A program made the translations under genes and the position numbers. The notes beneath the pieces are model-generated. The model worked only from the letters and a program-made list of their open reading frames with translations. It ran no database searches and was not told the DNA's origin. Below, in pieces: positions 28,312 through 36,233 of a stretch of 42,314 bases of DNA. This DNA is from Burkholderiales bacterium (GTDB taxonomy: Bacteria > Pseudomonadota > Gammaproteobacteria > Burkholderiales > Ga0077523): the NCBI GenBank assembly GCA_044370825.1, contig JBILUV010000002.1, forward strand, positions 1 to 42,314, written 5' to 3'. Numbering within the stretch: position 1 is the stretch's first letter; each line of letters starts with the position of its first letter.

Positions 28312-29007
28312 TCACGGGACCGTCGTGCCCTTCATTCGGGCAAGAATGACGCCCGTGTGGCGCGACAGGTGCGCAGTGTTCCGGTGTCTGTCGTAGAAGC
28401 GCGGATTGGGGACCATGGCCGCCAGCCTGGCCGCCTGCTCGGGGCCGAGCGCAGCGGCGCTGGTGCGGAAGTAGTGACGCGCGGCCGCTTCCGCGCCGAA
28501 GACACCATTGCCCCACTCGATGACATTGAGATAGATCTCAAGGATCCGGCGCTTGCTCATCACAGCCTCCACCATCACGGTGATGACCGCCTCCTGCGCC
28601 TTGCGCCAGGGTGTGCGTTGCGAGGACAGGAAAAGGTTCTTCGCCAGTTGCTGGCTGATGGTGGACCCCCCCGCCACCACCCGGCCTTTGCGCAGGTTCT
28701 TTTCGTAGGCTCTTTGCAGCGCGTCCCAGTCGAAGCCCTCGTGATCGAGGAACTTGCCGTCCTCGGCGGCGATGACAGCGCGCTTCAGGTGGATCGAGAT
28801 ACGCTCGTACGGTACCCAGCGGTGCCGCAGGCCGGCGTCCGGATTGCGTTCCTGCAACACCTCGAGGCGGTCCTCCATGAAGCGGGAGGAGGCGGGGTCG
28901 AATCGGATCCACCACACCACGTGGGCGAAGATCCAGGCCTGATAAAGGAGCAGCAGGAGGGCGGATACCACAAGCGCGCGCCAGACGAGGCGGAGGGCAC
29001 TGCTCAC
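28312..29007 (-). CDS. mtgA: Monofunctional biosynthetic peptidoglycan transglycosylase
   Basis: ORF 28312..29064(-). GT51 motifs ([48 protein letters not shown]). A GTG at 29007 lies 7 nt after the aroE stop, with GAGG upstream, and gives a canonical length of about 231 aa. Confidence 0.9.
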   Translation of the reverse strand: MSSALRLVWRALVVSALLLLLYQAWIFAHVVWWIRFDPASSRFMEDRLEVLQERNPDAGLRHRWVPYERISIHLKRAVIAAEDGKFLDHEGFDWDALQRAYEKNLRKGRVVAGGSTISQQLAKNLFLSSQRTPWRKAQEAVITVMVEAVMSKRRILEIYLNVIEWGNGVFGAEAAARHYFRTSAAALGPEQAARLAAMVPNPRFYDRHRNTAHLSRHTGVILARMKGTTVP

Positions 29008-29014
29008 CGCAACC

Positions 29015-29830
29015 TCACGTCCCACGCAGCATGGTGAGCACCGGGCGGGTGTCCGGACGGACACCGCGCCACAGCAGGAAGGACTCGGCCGCCTGTTCCA
29101 CCAGCATGCCCAGGCCGTCGGCCAAGCCGCCTGCCCCCGCGTCGCGAGCCAGCGACAGGAACGGCGTCTCGCCCTTGCCGTACATCATTTCGTAGGCGAA
29201 CGCGCCGCTGGCGAAGACGTCCGGACAGAGATCAGGCGCCGCGCCGCCGATGGCGGCGGACGTGGCGTTCACAACCAAGTCGAAGCACTGACCACGCAGT
29301 TCGGCCAGCCCGCAGGCCGATACCGGACCGCAGTCGCGGAACATTGAGGAGATCGACACAGCTTTCTCGGGGGTGCGGTTGGCAATCACCAGGCAGGCCG
29401 GCCGGTGCTCTAGCAGGGGCAGGATGACGCCCTGGGCCGCACCACCCGCACCGACCAGCAGGATGCGTGCGCCGGCAAGGCCGACGCCGAGGTTGCGCGT
29501 CAGGTCGTTCGCCAGCCCCGCGCCATCGGTGTTGTCGCCGAGGATGGATCCGTCGTCGAAGCGCAGCGTGTTCACCGCGCCGGCCGCCTCGGCCCGCGGC
29601 GTCCGCCGTTGGCTGTATGCGAAGGCCTGCAGCTTGAACGGCAGAGTCACGTTCATGCCCCGCCCGCCTGCGGCGCGAAAAGCATCCACGGTTCCAGGGA
29701 AACCGTCGAGCGGCCCGAGGATGCGCTCATAGCTCATGTCCTGCCTGGTCTGGCGCGCGAACGCGGCATGTATCTCGGGCGACTTGCTGTGGGCGATGGG
29801 GTTGCCGATCACGGCGTAACGGTCGGTCAT
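29015..29830 (-). CDS. aroE: Shikimate dehydrogenase
   Basis: MTDRYAVIGNPIAHSKSPEIHAAFARQT, NVTLPFK, GDNTDG, LLVGAGGAAQG. Confidence 0.95.
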   Translation of the reverse strand: MTDRYAVIGNPIAHSKSPEIHAAFARQTRQDMSYERILGPLDGFPGTVDAFRAAGGRGMNVTLPFKLQAFAYSQRRTPRAEAAGAVNTLRFDDGSILGDNTDGAGLANDLTRNLGVGLAGARILLVGAGGAAQGVILPLLEHRPACLVIANRTPEKAVSISSMFRDCGPVSACGLAELRGQCFDLVVNATSAAIGGAAPDLCPDVFASGAFAYEMMYGKGETPFLSLARDAGAGGLADGLGMLVEQAAESFLLWRGVRPDTRPVLTMLRGT

Positions 29831-30822
29831 TCGGATACCAGTTCCTGTGCGCGGGTGAAGGTCCAGTTGCGGGTGATGCTGATGACGTCGTAGCGGCCGC
29901 GTATGGCCGGCGGGAACGGCGGAAACGGCGAAGCGAGCTCGACGATTCGGCGCGCCGCGCGATCGAGCAGTGCGACGCCAGAGGAGCGGTCGATGTCGAC
30001 CCGCTCGACCGAGCCGTCGGCACGGATGGAAACGGTGATGAGCAGGGAGGCGTAGAGCCCCTGACGCTTCGCTTCCTCAGGGAAATTGTGTGTGCCCACG
30101 CGCTCGATGCGCTGACGCCATTCGTCGACGTATTGGGCGTAGACCACGCTCTCCGTCCGAGCGCCGATGAACTTGCGTCGCGGCAGGGTCTGGTACTGGT
30201 CCCACTCCCGGGAGATCTCCGCCTCCAGCCTGGCGATGCGCAGGGCCTGCTGCTCCGCCTGGGCCCTGGCCACCGGATCGTCGGTCCGGGGTACGGCCTG
30301 AAAGGCATCGCCCACCGGGTCGGCCACCGGCATGGCCTTCACCCGGGTGAGCAGGCGTCGCATCTCGGCTTCGAGTTTTTCCACGCGCTGCGCCGCCTGG
30401 GCGGCCGCATCCAGCTCCGTGGAATCGTCCACCGCAGGCAGATTGCTCCGCGCCCGCCGTCTGGCCTCCGTGTTTCCGCCCCCGTCGAGATCGGCCTGGG
30501 CGAGGGCATCGGCGCGGGTGGGCTTGTGGGCGGCCTTGCTGTTGACCAGCACCACCTCGAGCGGGGTGGCGAGGTTCTCGAGTGCTCGCGGTGGCGGCGC
30601 CACGAACTTCACCAGCAGCAGGGCGGCATGCGCCATGACCGACAGTCCGATGGCGATCGACAACGTGCGGTTGCGATCCCGCGGCTTCTTCGCCCCGGCC
30701 GGCACTGCCGCGGATGGGGCCGTGGCGGCCGGTTTATCCACGCTCGCGGTGAAGACGTCCGGCCGGCTGCCGATCACGGCGCCAACGCCCGGCGACCCCA
30801 AGGCCGTCGGTGCCCGGGGCAC
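29827..30822 (-). CDS. TonB C-terminal-domain protein (TonB-like, with a coiled-coil middle region)
   Basis: ORF 29827..31062(-). A GTG at 30822 lies just after the RNase II stop, with GAGGA 9 nt upstream. One TM helix (LSIAIGLSVMAHAALLLV), heptad-like EKLEAEMRRLL and ARLEAEISREW segments, and a C-terminal TonB_C-like fold (LITVSIRADGSVERVDIDRSSGVALLDRAARRIV). ATGA overlap with the aroE start. Confidence 0.65.
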   Translation of the reverse strand: MPRAPTALGSPGVGAVIGSRPDVFTASVDKPAATAPSAAVPAGAKKPRDRNRTLSIAIGLSVMAHAALLLVKFVAPPPRALENLATPLEVVLVNSKAAHKPTRADALAQADLDGGGNTEARRRARSNLPAVDDSTELDAAAQAAQRVEKLEAEMRRLLTRVKAMPVADPVGDAFQAVPRTDDPVARAQAEQQALRIARLEAEISREWDQYQTLPRRKFIGARTESVVYAQYVDEWRQRIERVGTHNFPEEAKRQGLYASLLITVSIRADGSVERVDIDRSSGVALLDRAARRIVELASPFPPFPPAIRGRYDVISITRNWTFTRAQELVSE

Positions 30823-30833
30823 GCATGGGATCC

Positions 30834-32690
30834 TCAGGCCTTTGCTGCATCCTGGGGCAATCGTCCGACGAAGCGGCAATCGAGATCGAGGCCGAGCAGG
30901 TCGATTTCCGACACCTCGATCTCCACCCGCTGGCCGGTTTCCGTATCCGGCAGCGAAGGCACCCTGGCGAACAGCGGGATGCGCTCGAAGCGTACCAGGC
31001 TCTCGCGCAGCACCACCGCGCCGGTCCGGTGGATGCCTTCCTGGAGCAGCCAGCGCAGGCACCAGTAGCGCTCCATGGTGCGCTGGAAATCCGCATAACC
31101 TTCATACGCAGCCTCAAAGTCGCGGATTGCGACCAGCATGCTCTCCGGCGTGCCCTGGTAGGGTGCCGGCAGGTCGAGTGCGGTCGCGATGATCTGGCGC
31201 TGGTTGATGAGATCCACGTACCTGCGCAATGGGGAACTTGACCAGGCGTACTGCTCGACACCCAAGCCCTCGTGCGGGCCGGCATCGATGGACATGCGCA
31301 CCTTGCCGCCGCTCTGCACTCGGTAGATGCCCGGGACACCATACTCCAGCAGGTGACGGCCCCACTCGACATTGGCGAGGATCATCATCTCCGCGACGAC
31401 CTTGTCCACCGGCGAACCGCGGCGTCTCTCGACGATGCGGACGCGTCCCTCCTCGACGTAGAAGCTGAATTCCTGCCGCTCCTGCACCTGGTCGGCCTTG
31501 CCGCGCGCTGCCTCGAGGCGGCGCGCGTAGCGGTAGAGCATTCCGAGTTCCTGACCGAAGCGGAAATCCAGGCGACCCGCCGCGATGCTTTGTTCGTTGA
31601 AGTGTGCCTCGAGTGCACCGTGACGCAGGTTCTCCACGATGGGCACGCGCTCCACCCGCGTTTCGTAGCCCACCACCGCCAGTTCCGGGTCGAGGAAGGC
31701 ATAAAGCGACACGGCCGGCCGCGCCTCACCAGCGGTCAGCGTGAAGCGATCGATCACCGCATCCGGCAGCATGGTGATCTTGTCGCCCGGCATGTACACG
31801 GTCGACAGGCGGCCCGCGGCCACCTGATCCAGTGCGCTGCCCGGCGCGATGCCCAGGGCGGGCGCGGCGATGTGGATCCCGACCCGCCACCCTCCGCCAG
31901 GCAGCGTCACCACCGAAAGCGCGTCGTCGATCTCGGTGGTGGTGGAGTCGTCGATGCTGAAGGCTTCCACGTCGGCCACCGGCAGGTCCGGGATCGCCGC
32001 CTCGGGACCCGTGGCCGGGAAGCCCGCGCCGCCCGAAAAGGCGGTGCGCAGGAAACGCCGCAGATGGTATTCCTGGCTGGAGGGGATGGCCCCGCAACGC
32101 GCCAGCAGATGCACCTGCTGGAGACCGGTCGCCAGGGCCGCCGCTTCCAGGGCCTTGACCTCGATGGTGTTGCGATCGGGTTCGTAGAGCAGATCATCGA
32201 GCCTGGGGACGAAAGCCTGCGGCAGTTCGAAGCGCGAGAGGCTTTCCACGTAGGACGCCTGCAGCATGGCCTGCTGGCGCTTGCGTTCGACACTGGCCAG
32301 CGCCGCGTTGAGCGAGTCCTCGGGTGCCGCCCGGTAGCGGCCCCGGCCTTTCTTGTAGAAGTGCATCGGCGAGCCATGCAGGCGCATCAGCAGGCCGGCA
32401 GCCTCCTCCGGACGCGGTTCGTGGCCGAAGTAGTCGCGCCCCAGTGCCAGGAAATCGAATTCGTCGGCGGGCGCCACCTCCCACAGGAAACCGGGGTCGA
32501 TGTCCGCCGCCACGCCTTGCGCAGCCTCCATGAAGGGCCCCGGTCCTGGGGTCGGGAAGCGCAGCAGCACCGCGTTGGTCTTGACCTTGCCGCGCTTGCC
32601 GTGGACGGTCTCGACCTGGAGCGAGGTGTTGTTGTCGGCGAGGACGGTGCCAGCCTTGAAGCTGCCGTCCTCTTCGTAGAAAACATTCAC
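30834..32690 (-). CDS. RNB-domain 3'-5' exoribonuclease (RNase II/R family)
   Basis: 618 aa. RNB catalytic region FSIDDSTTTEIDDALSV, later YAWSSSPLRRYVDLINQRQ. N-terminal OB-like MNVFYEEDGSFKAGTVL. Confidence 0.85.
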   Translation of the reverse strand: MNVFYEEDGSFKAGTVLADNNTSLQVETVHGKRGKVKTNAVLLRFPTPGPGPFMEAAQGVAADIDPGFLWEVAPADEFDFLALGRDYFGHEPRPEEAAGLLMRLHGSPMHFYKKGRGRYRAAPEDSLNAALASVERKRQQAMLQASYVESLSRFELPQAFVPRLDDLLYEPDRNTIEVKALEAAALATGLQQVHLLARCGAIPSSQEYHLRRFLRTAFSGGAGFPATGPEAAIPDLPVADVEAFSIDDSTTTEIDDALSVVTLPGGGWRVGIHIAAPALGIAPGSALDQVAAGRLSTVYMPGDKITMLPDAVIDRFTLTAGEARPAVSLYAFLDPELAVVGYETRVERVPIVENLRHGALEAHFNEQSIAAGRLDFRFGQELGMLYRYARRLEAARGKADQVQERQEFSFYVEEGRVRIVERRRGSPVDKVVAEMMILANVEWGRHLLEYGVPGIYRVQSGGKVRMSIDAGPHEGLGVEQYAWSSSPLRRYVDLINQRQIIATALDLPAPYQGTPESMLVAIRDFEAAYEGYADFQRTMERYWCLRWLLQEGIHRTGAVVLRESLVRFERIPLFARVPSLPDTETGQRVEIEVSEIDLLGLDLDCRFVGRLPQDAAKA

Positions 32691-32767
32691 TGAGGGGATT
32701 CCGCTCGGGGAGAGGGCATGCGGGTCAGCGCGCCGGCCGGCAGGGGGCTAGCCATCGCGAAAATCGA

Positions 32768-33361
32768 TTATAGCGGCTGGCCCGATGCGGCTGCCGTGTC
32801 GCCGAACGCCAGGACGGCTTCGAGGTGCTGCTCGAAGTCGGTGAACCCGTGGTCCGAGCCCTGAACCACCACGCTTCGTGCCCCGGGGTAATGCGCTATG
32901 GTCACTCGCCAGTCGAGCAGTTCGTCGCCCGTGGTCACCATCACCAGATAGCGCTCCATCCGCGTCGGCTGCGCCACGGCGTAGGCGCGCATCTGGTCCA
33001 GGTGCGCGGGCGTGAGGCTGTAGGCCTCGCCCGTATGGAGATTGCGCTGCGGACCCAGGTAGGAATGAAGCCCCAGGTGCGGCGTGATCGCCGGATTGAC
33101 CAGCACCGCCCGGCAGCCGTGGCGCTCCGCCAGCCAGGTGGCGTAGAAACCCCCCAGTGAACTGCCCACCAGCACTGGCGGTGATGTCTGAGGTGCCGCC
33201 GCTACGATGGACTCCAGTTGTGCCATGGCCCCGTCAGGCCAGTGCGACAGCGCCGGGCAGGTGAATTCGCCGCCGCGGCCGGCGAGAGCGAGACGGGTTT
33301 GTAGCTGGCGCGCCTTGACCGAAGCTGGTGCGCTGTTGAAGCCGTGGATATACAGGTACAT
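32768..33361 (-). CDS. YqiA/UPF0227-family alpha/beta-fold esterase
   Basis: MYLYIHGFNSAPASVKARQL, nucleophile elbow GSSLGG, and C-terminal GSDHGF are typical of YqiA-like esterases. Confidence 0.75.
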   Translation of the reverse strand: MYLYIHGFNSAPASVKARQLQTRLALAGRGGEFTCPALSHWPDGAMAQLESIVAAAPQTSPPVLVGSSLGGFYATWLAERHGCRAVLVNPAITPHLGLHSYLGPQRNLHTGEAYSLTPAHLDQMRAYAVAQPTRMERYLVMVTTGDELLDWRVTIAHYPGARSVVVQGSDHGFTDFEQHLEAVLAFGDTAAASGQPL

Positions 33362-33625
33362 GCGAGGTCTCCGATGAAGGTTGGCGGATCAGGCGCATGC
33401 TGCGTGTGGACCAATGGTGCGCCGCGCACCGGCATTGTGCCGTCGTGCCGTCCGCCCGGATCATGAGGCACCATCAAGAGTGCAGCTGCCGATGGTTCGA
33501 ACCCCGATGGAGCTCGTTCTGTCGAAGGATTGGTGGCGATACCAGTCAATGTCATCCAGCCCAACAGTCCGAACCGGAGGCTGATGCGCCGCGACAGGAA
33601 CAATCGCCCGAGGGGTCCATTTGCC

Positions 33626-33659
33626 CGGCCGATATGGTGAACAATCGGCCGCTTTTATT
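33626..33659 (+). terminator. Intrinsic-terminator-like hairpin plus T-tract in the leader of the formamidase-like gene (candidate attenuator)
   Basis: CGGCCGAT (33626-33633) pairs perfectly with ATCGGCCG (33644-33651) across a 10-nt loop. It is followed by CTTTTATTT (33652-33660), then GGAGAC and the ATG at 33667. The T-tract follows the hairpin only on the + strand. Confidence 0.45.
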
Positions 33660-33666
33660 TGGAGAC

Positions 33667-35019
33667 ATGCCAGTGAATGATCGTCGTGCTTTCCTGACCG
33701 GTTGCGCCGCCACCGCCACCGCCACCGCCACCGCCGCCGCAGCCGCCATGACGCAGCTCGCCATTGCCGGGGATGGCGAGGCGCGACCCGAGATCCAGGC
33801 GCTGCGCTCCGGACGGGTGGGTCAATTCCAGAGCGGCGTGCACCTGCTTCCCGCAACATCGGAGACGGTCCAGTGGGGGTGGTTCGATCAGGACGAGGCC
33901 CCCAGGGCGCGAATCAAGCCGGGTGACACCGTCGTCATGGAAACGATGATGGGCTCGCTGAATCAGATACTGCCCGGGTCCACCATCGAGGAGATCACGC
34001 GCCTGCGCGTCGATCATCCTGGCCGCGGTCCGCATTCCATCACGGGGCCCGTCTTCGTCGAAGGCGCCGTGCCGGGCGACAGTCTGCGCATCCGCATCAA
34101 CCGCATCGTTCCGAGACCATACGGCGCCAACTGGAATCTGCCGGGCGACCTGCGGCTGGGCCAGTTCCCGGACGTCTTCACCGAGGCGCAGGTCAAGCAC
34201 TTCTACTTCGACCTGCGACGCGGCGTGACCGAATTCGCGCCCGGCATCGAGATCCCGGTACGGCCGTTTCCCGGCATCATGGGCGTTGCCCGCGCCGAAA
34301 GCGGGCGTTTCAGCACCGTGCCGCCGGGGCCCTTCGGCGGCAACATGGACGTGCGCGAGCTGGTGGAGGGAAGCGTCCTTGAACTGCCGGTGTTCGTCGA
34401 TGGCGCACTGCTCTGGTCCGGCGATTCCCACGCGGCCCAGGGCAACGGGGAAATCAACCTCACCGCCATCGAGACGGCGTTCAGCGAACTTAATTTCACC
34501 GTTGATCTGGTGAAGGGGAGCCGGCTCGCCTGGCCGCGCATCGAGACGTCGACACACTGGATCACGCTCGGCTACGACCGTGACCTGAACCGCGCTCTGG
34601 AGCTTCTGCGCGAGGAGACCCTGAGGTTCCTGGTGGAGACCCACGGTCTGTCTGCCAAGGCCGCAGCCGACCGCATGAGCCGATTCGGCGACTGTCGGGT
34701 CGCGGAGGTGGTCAACGGTGTGAAGGGCCTGTACTGCCGCCTGCCCAAGCGCGCCCGCGGGCCCTTGCCCGCAAGGCCGGTGGCCGAGACTCGGAACCAT
34801 TTCGTCAGCCATGCCACGCATGCGGATCTGATGCAGGCGATGAACCAGGCCGCCATGGGCATAATCGACGCTTTGGCGACGTGCAAGTCCATGACCCGCC
34901 TCGATGCCTACGCGCTCGCGAGCCTGGCCATGGACGCGCGTATCGGTCGCGTGGAGCCCGGTGCCGCCAGTGTCCATTGCCTGCTGCCAAAATCGCTCTG
35001 GACCGGAGCCCGCGGCTGA
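33667..35019 (+). CDS. Acetamidase/formamidase-family protein with a twin-arginine (Tat) signal peptide
   Basis: ORF 33397..35019. MPVNDRRAFLTGCAATATATATAAAAAMTQLAIAG is a Tat-type signal. The body (GPHSITGPVFVEGAVPGDSL...GGNMDVRELVEGSVLELPVFVDGALLWSGDSHAAQGNGEI) is FmdA/AmdA-like. The ATG at 33634 is an in-frame alternative start. Confidence 0.75.
   Translation: MPVNDRRAFLTGCAATATATATAAAAAMTQLAIAGDGEARPEIQALRSGRVGQFQSGVHLLPATSETVQWGWFDQDEAPRARIKPGDTVVMETMMGSLNQILPGSTIEEITRLRVDHPGRGPHSITGPVFVEGAVPGDSLRIRINRIVPRPYGANWNLPGDLRLGQFPDVFTEAQVKHFYFDLRRGVTEFAPGIEIPVRPFPGIMGVARAESGRFSTVPPGPFGGNMDVRELVEGSVLELPVFVDGALLWSGDSHAAQGNGEINLTAIETAFSELNFTVDLVKGSRLAWPRIETSTHWITLGYDRDLNRALELLREETLRFLVETHGLSAKAAADRMSRFGDCRVAEVVNGVKGLYCRLPKRARGPLPARPVAETRNHFVSHATHADLMQAMNQAAMGIIDALATCKSMTRLDAYALASLAMDARIGRVEPGAASVHCLLPKSLWTGARG
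33706..33747 (+). repeat. In-frame GCC/ACC simple-sequence tract, (ACCGCC)x4 core, encoding AATATATATAAAAA in the Tat signal h-region
   Basis: Reads gccgcc(accgcc)x4 gccgcagccgcc directly in the sequence. The opposite strand gives the poly-Gly run seen in shadow ORF 33655..35424. Confidence 0.9.
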
Positions 35020-35062
35020 TCCGCGGGACACTTCCGCCTTGTCATCGCGGGGCAGGCTGAAC

Positions 35063-36214
35063 ATGAACGGAGGACGCCGTCGCTTCGTGCGGCTGGTCGG
35101 CGGCGGGGTGGTGATGACGGCAGCCACGGTGGCGATGCCAGGTTGCGCCGGTGGACCAGGCACGGCGCCCGGCTTGGCGGTGCGGCCGGAAGATGCTGCG
35201 GACCCGAGGCGCTGGGCGCTCGCCCATGCGCAGTTGGCGCCGAGCCACCTAAACCTGCAGCCCTGGCTGGCGGATCTGCGTCGTGACGGCGAGATCGTGG
35301 TCCATTGCGACCAACGGCGCCGGCTGCCTGAGGGCGATGCCACCGATCGCCAGTTGCTCATCGGTTGCGGCGGTTTTCTCGAACTTCTCGAGATCGCGTT
35401 GCGGCGTCGGGGTCTGGATGTCACGACGATGCTCTCTCCGGACGGAGCCTTCCATGCGCTTACCGACGGACGGCCTTTGGCAGTGCTGCGTCTCCGCGCG
35501 GCCGCGAAGCCTGCTTACGAACCCCTGTTCGAGCAGGTTACGTCCCGCCGCACCAACCGCAGTGCATACGAGGTCGACCGCCCGGTGGGAGAGGACGTGC
35601 TGGCCGGATTGCGCGCGTCGGCCTCCCGAGCCCTGGTCGAGGCTGGGAGCGCGAACGGCGGTCAGCGCCGAGAGGCCCTGCGCCTGATCGCACGATCCGC
35701 CTGGGCCATCGAGATGGGCACCCCCCGGGTATGGCGGGAGACCGCAGGCCAGTTGCGTGTCGGCAGCGACGAGGAGGCTGGCCGGGGCGACGGCATCGTC
35801 CTGTCCGGCTTCGCCGCGCTGGCCCGCGCTGCCGGTGTGTTCGATCGGCGTGCCCTGGTCGATGCCGGTAGCGGTGTCCATCGCCGCCTGCTGGAGGATG
35901 GCTTTCGTCAGGCGGATACCGCCACTGCCTGGATCTGGTTGGTGACCCCGGGCAATGGTCGCGAGCAGCAACTCGAGGCCGGCCGCGCGCATCTGCGCCT
36001 GCACCTGGAGGCCACGGCCCGGGGGGTGGCGCTGCAGCCGATGACCCAGGCACTGCAGGACTATCCGGAGATGGCCTCGCTGCGCCGGACGCTGCACGAT
36101 GCCCTGATGCTGGACCCGGAGCGTCTGACCGTGCAGATGCTGTCCCGCGTGGGTTACTCGGTTCCGGCCCGGCCTTCCGTCCGCCGGCCGCTTTCCGCGC
36201 TGCTGACGTCGTGA
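35063..36214 (+). CDS. Nitroreductase-fold (Acg-like, FMN-binding) protein with a Tat signal and a possible lipobox
   Basis: ORF 34904..36214. The ATG at 35063 gives MNGGRRRFVRLVGGGVVMTAATVAMPGCAGG (RRxFxxL Tat motif, Cys after AMPG). APSHLNLQPW and RRTNRSAY motifs are typical of double-nitroreductase Acg-type proteins. Confidence 0.7.
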   Translation: MNGGRRRFVRLVGGGVVMTAATVAMPGCAGGPGTAPGLAVRPEDAADPRRWALAHAQLAPSHLNLQPWLADLRRDGEIVVHCDQRRRLPEGDATDRQLLIGCGGFLELLEIALRRRGLDVTTMLSPDGAFHALTDGRPLAVLRLRAAAKPAYEPLFEQVTSRRTNRSAYEVDRPVGEDVLAGLRASASRALVEAGSANGGQRREALRLIARSAWAIEMGTPRVWRETAGQLRVGSDEEAGRGDGIVLSGFAALARAAGVFDRRALVDAGSGVHRRLLEDGFRQADTATAWIWLVTPGNGREQQLEAGRAHLRLHLEATARGVALQPMTQALQDYPEMASLRRTLHDALMLDPERLTVQMLSRVGYSVPARPSVRRPLSALLTS

Positions 36215-36233
36215 CGCATCGACGGCGCGCCGC

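Noticed and set aside
33489-33510. GGTTCGAACC motif resembling a tRNA T-arm/T-loop
   Set aside because: The flanking bases do not form a T-stem, and no acceptor, D or anticodon arms can be drawn around it. A similar GTTCGAATCC at about 7604 lies inside the GNAT coding region. I found no tRNA gene in the window.
33655-35424. 589-aa minus-strand ORF ending in a poly-Gly run
   Set aside because: It is antisense to the formamidase-like and nitroreductase-like genes. The poly-Gly run is simply the complement of the (ACCGCC)n tract.
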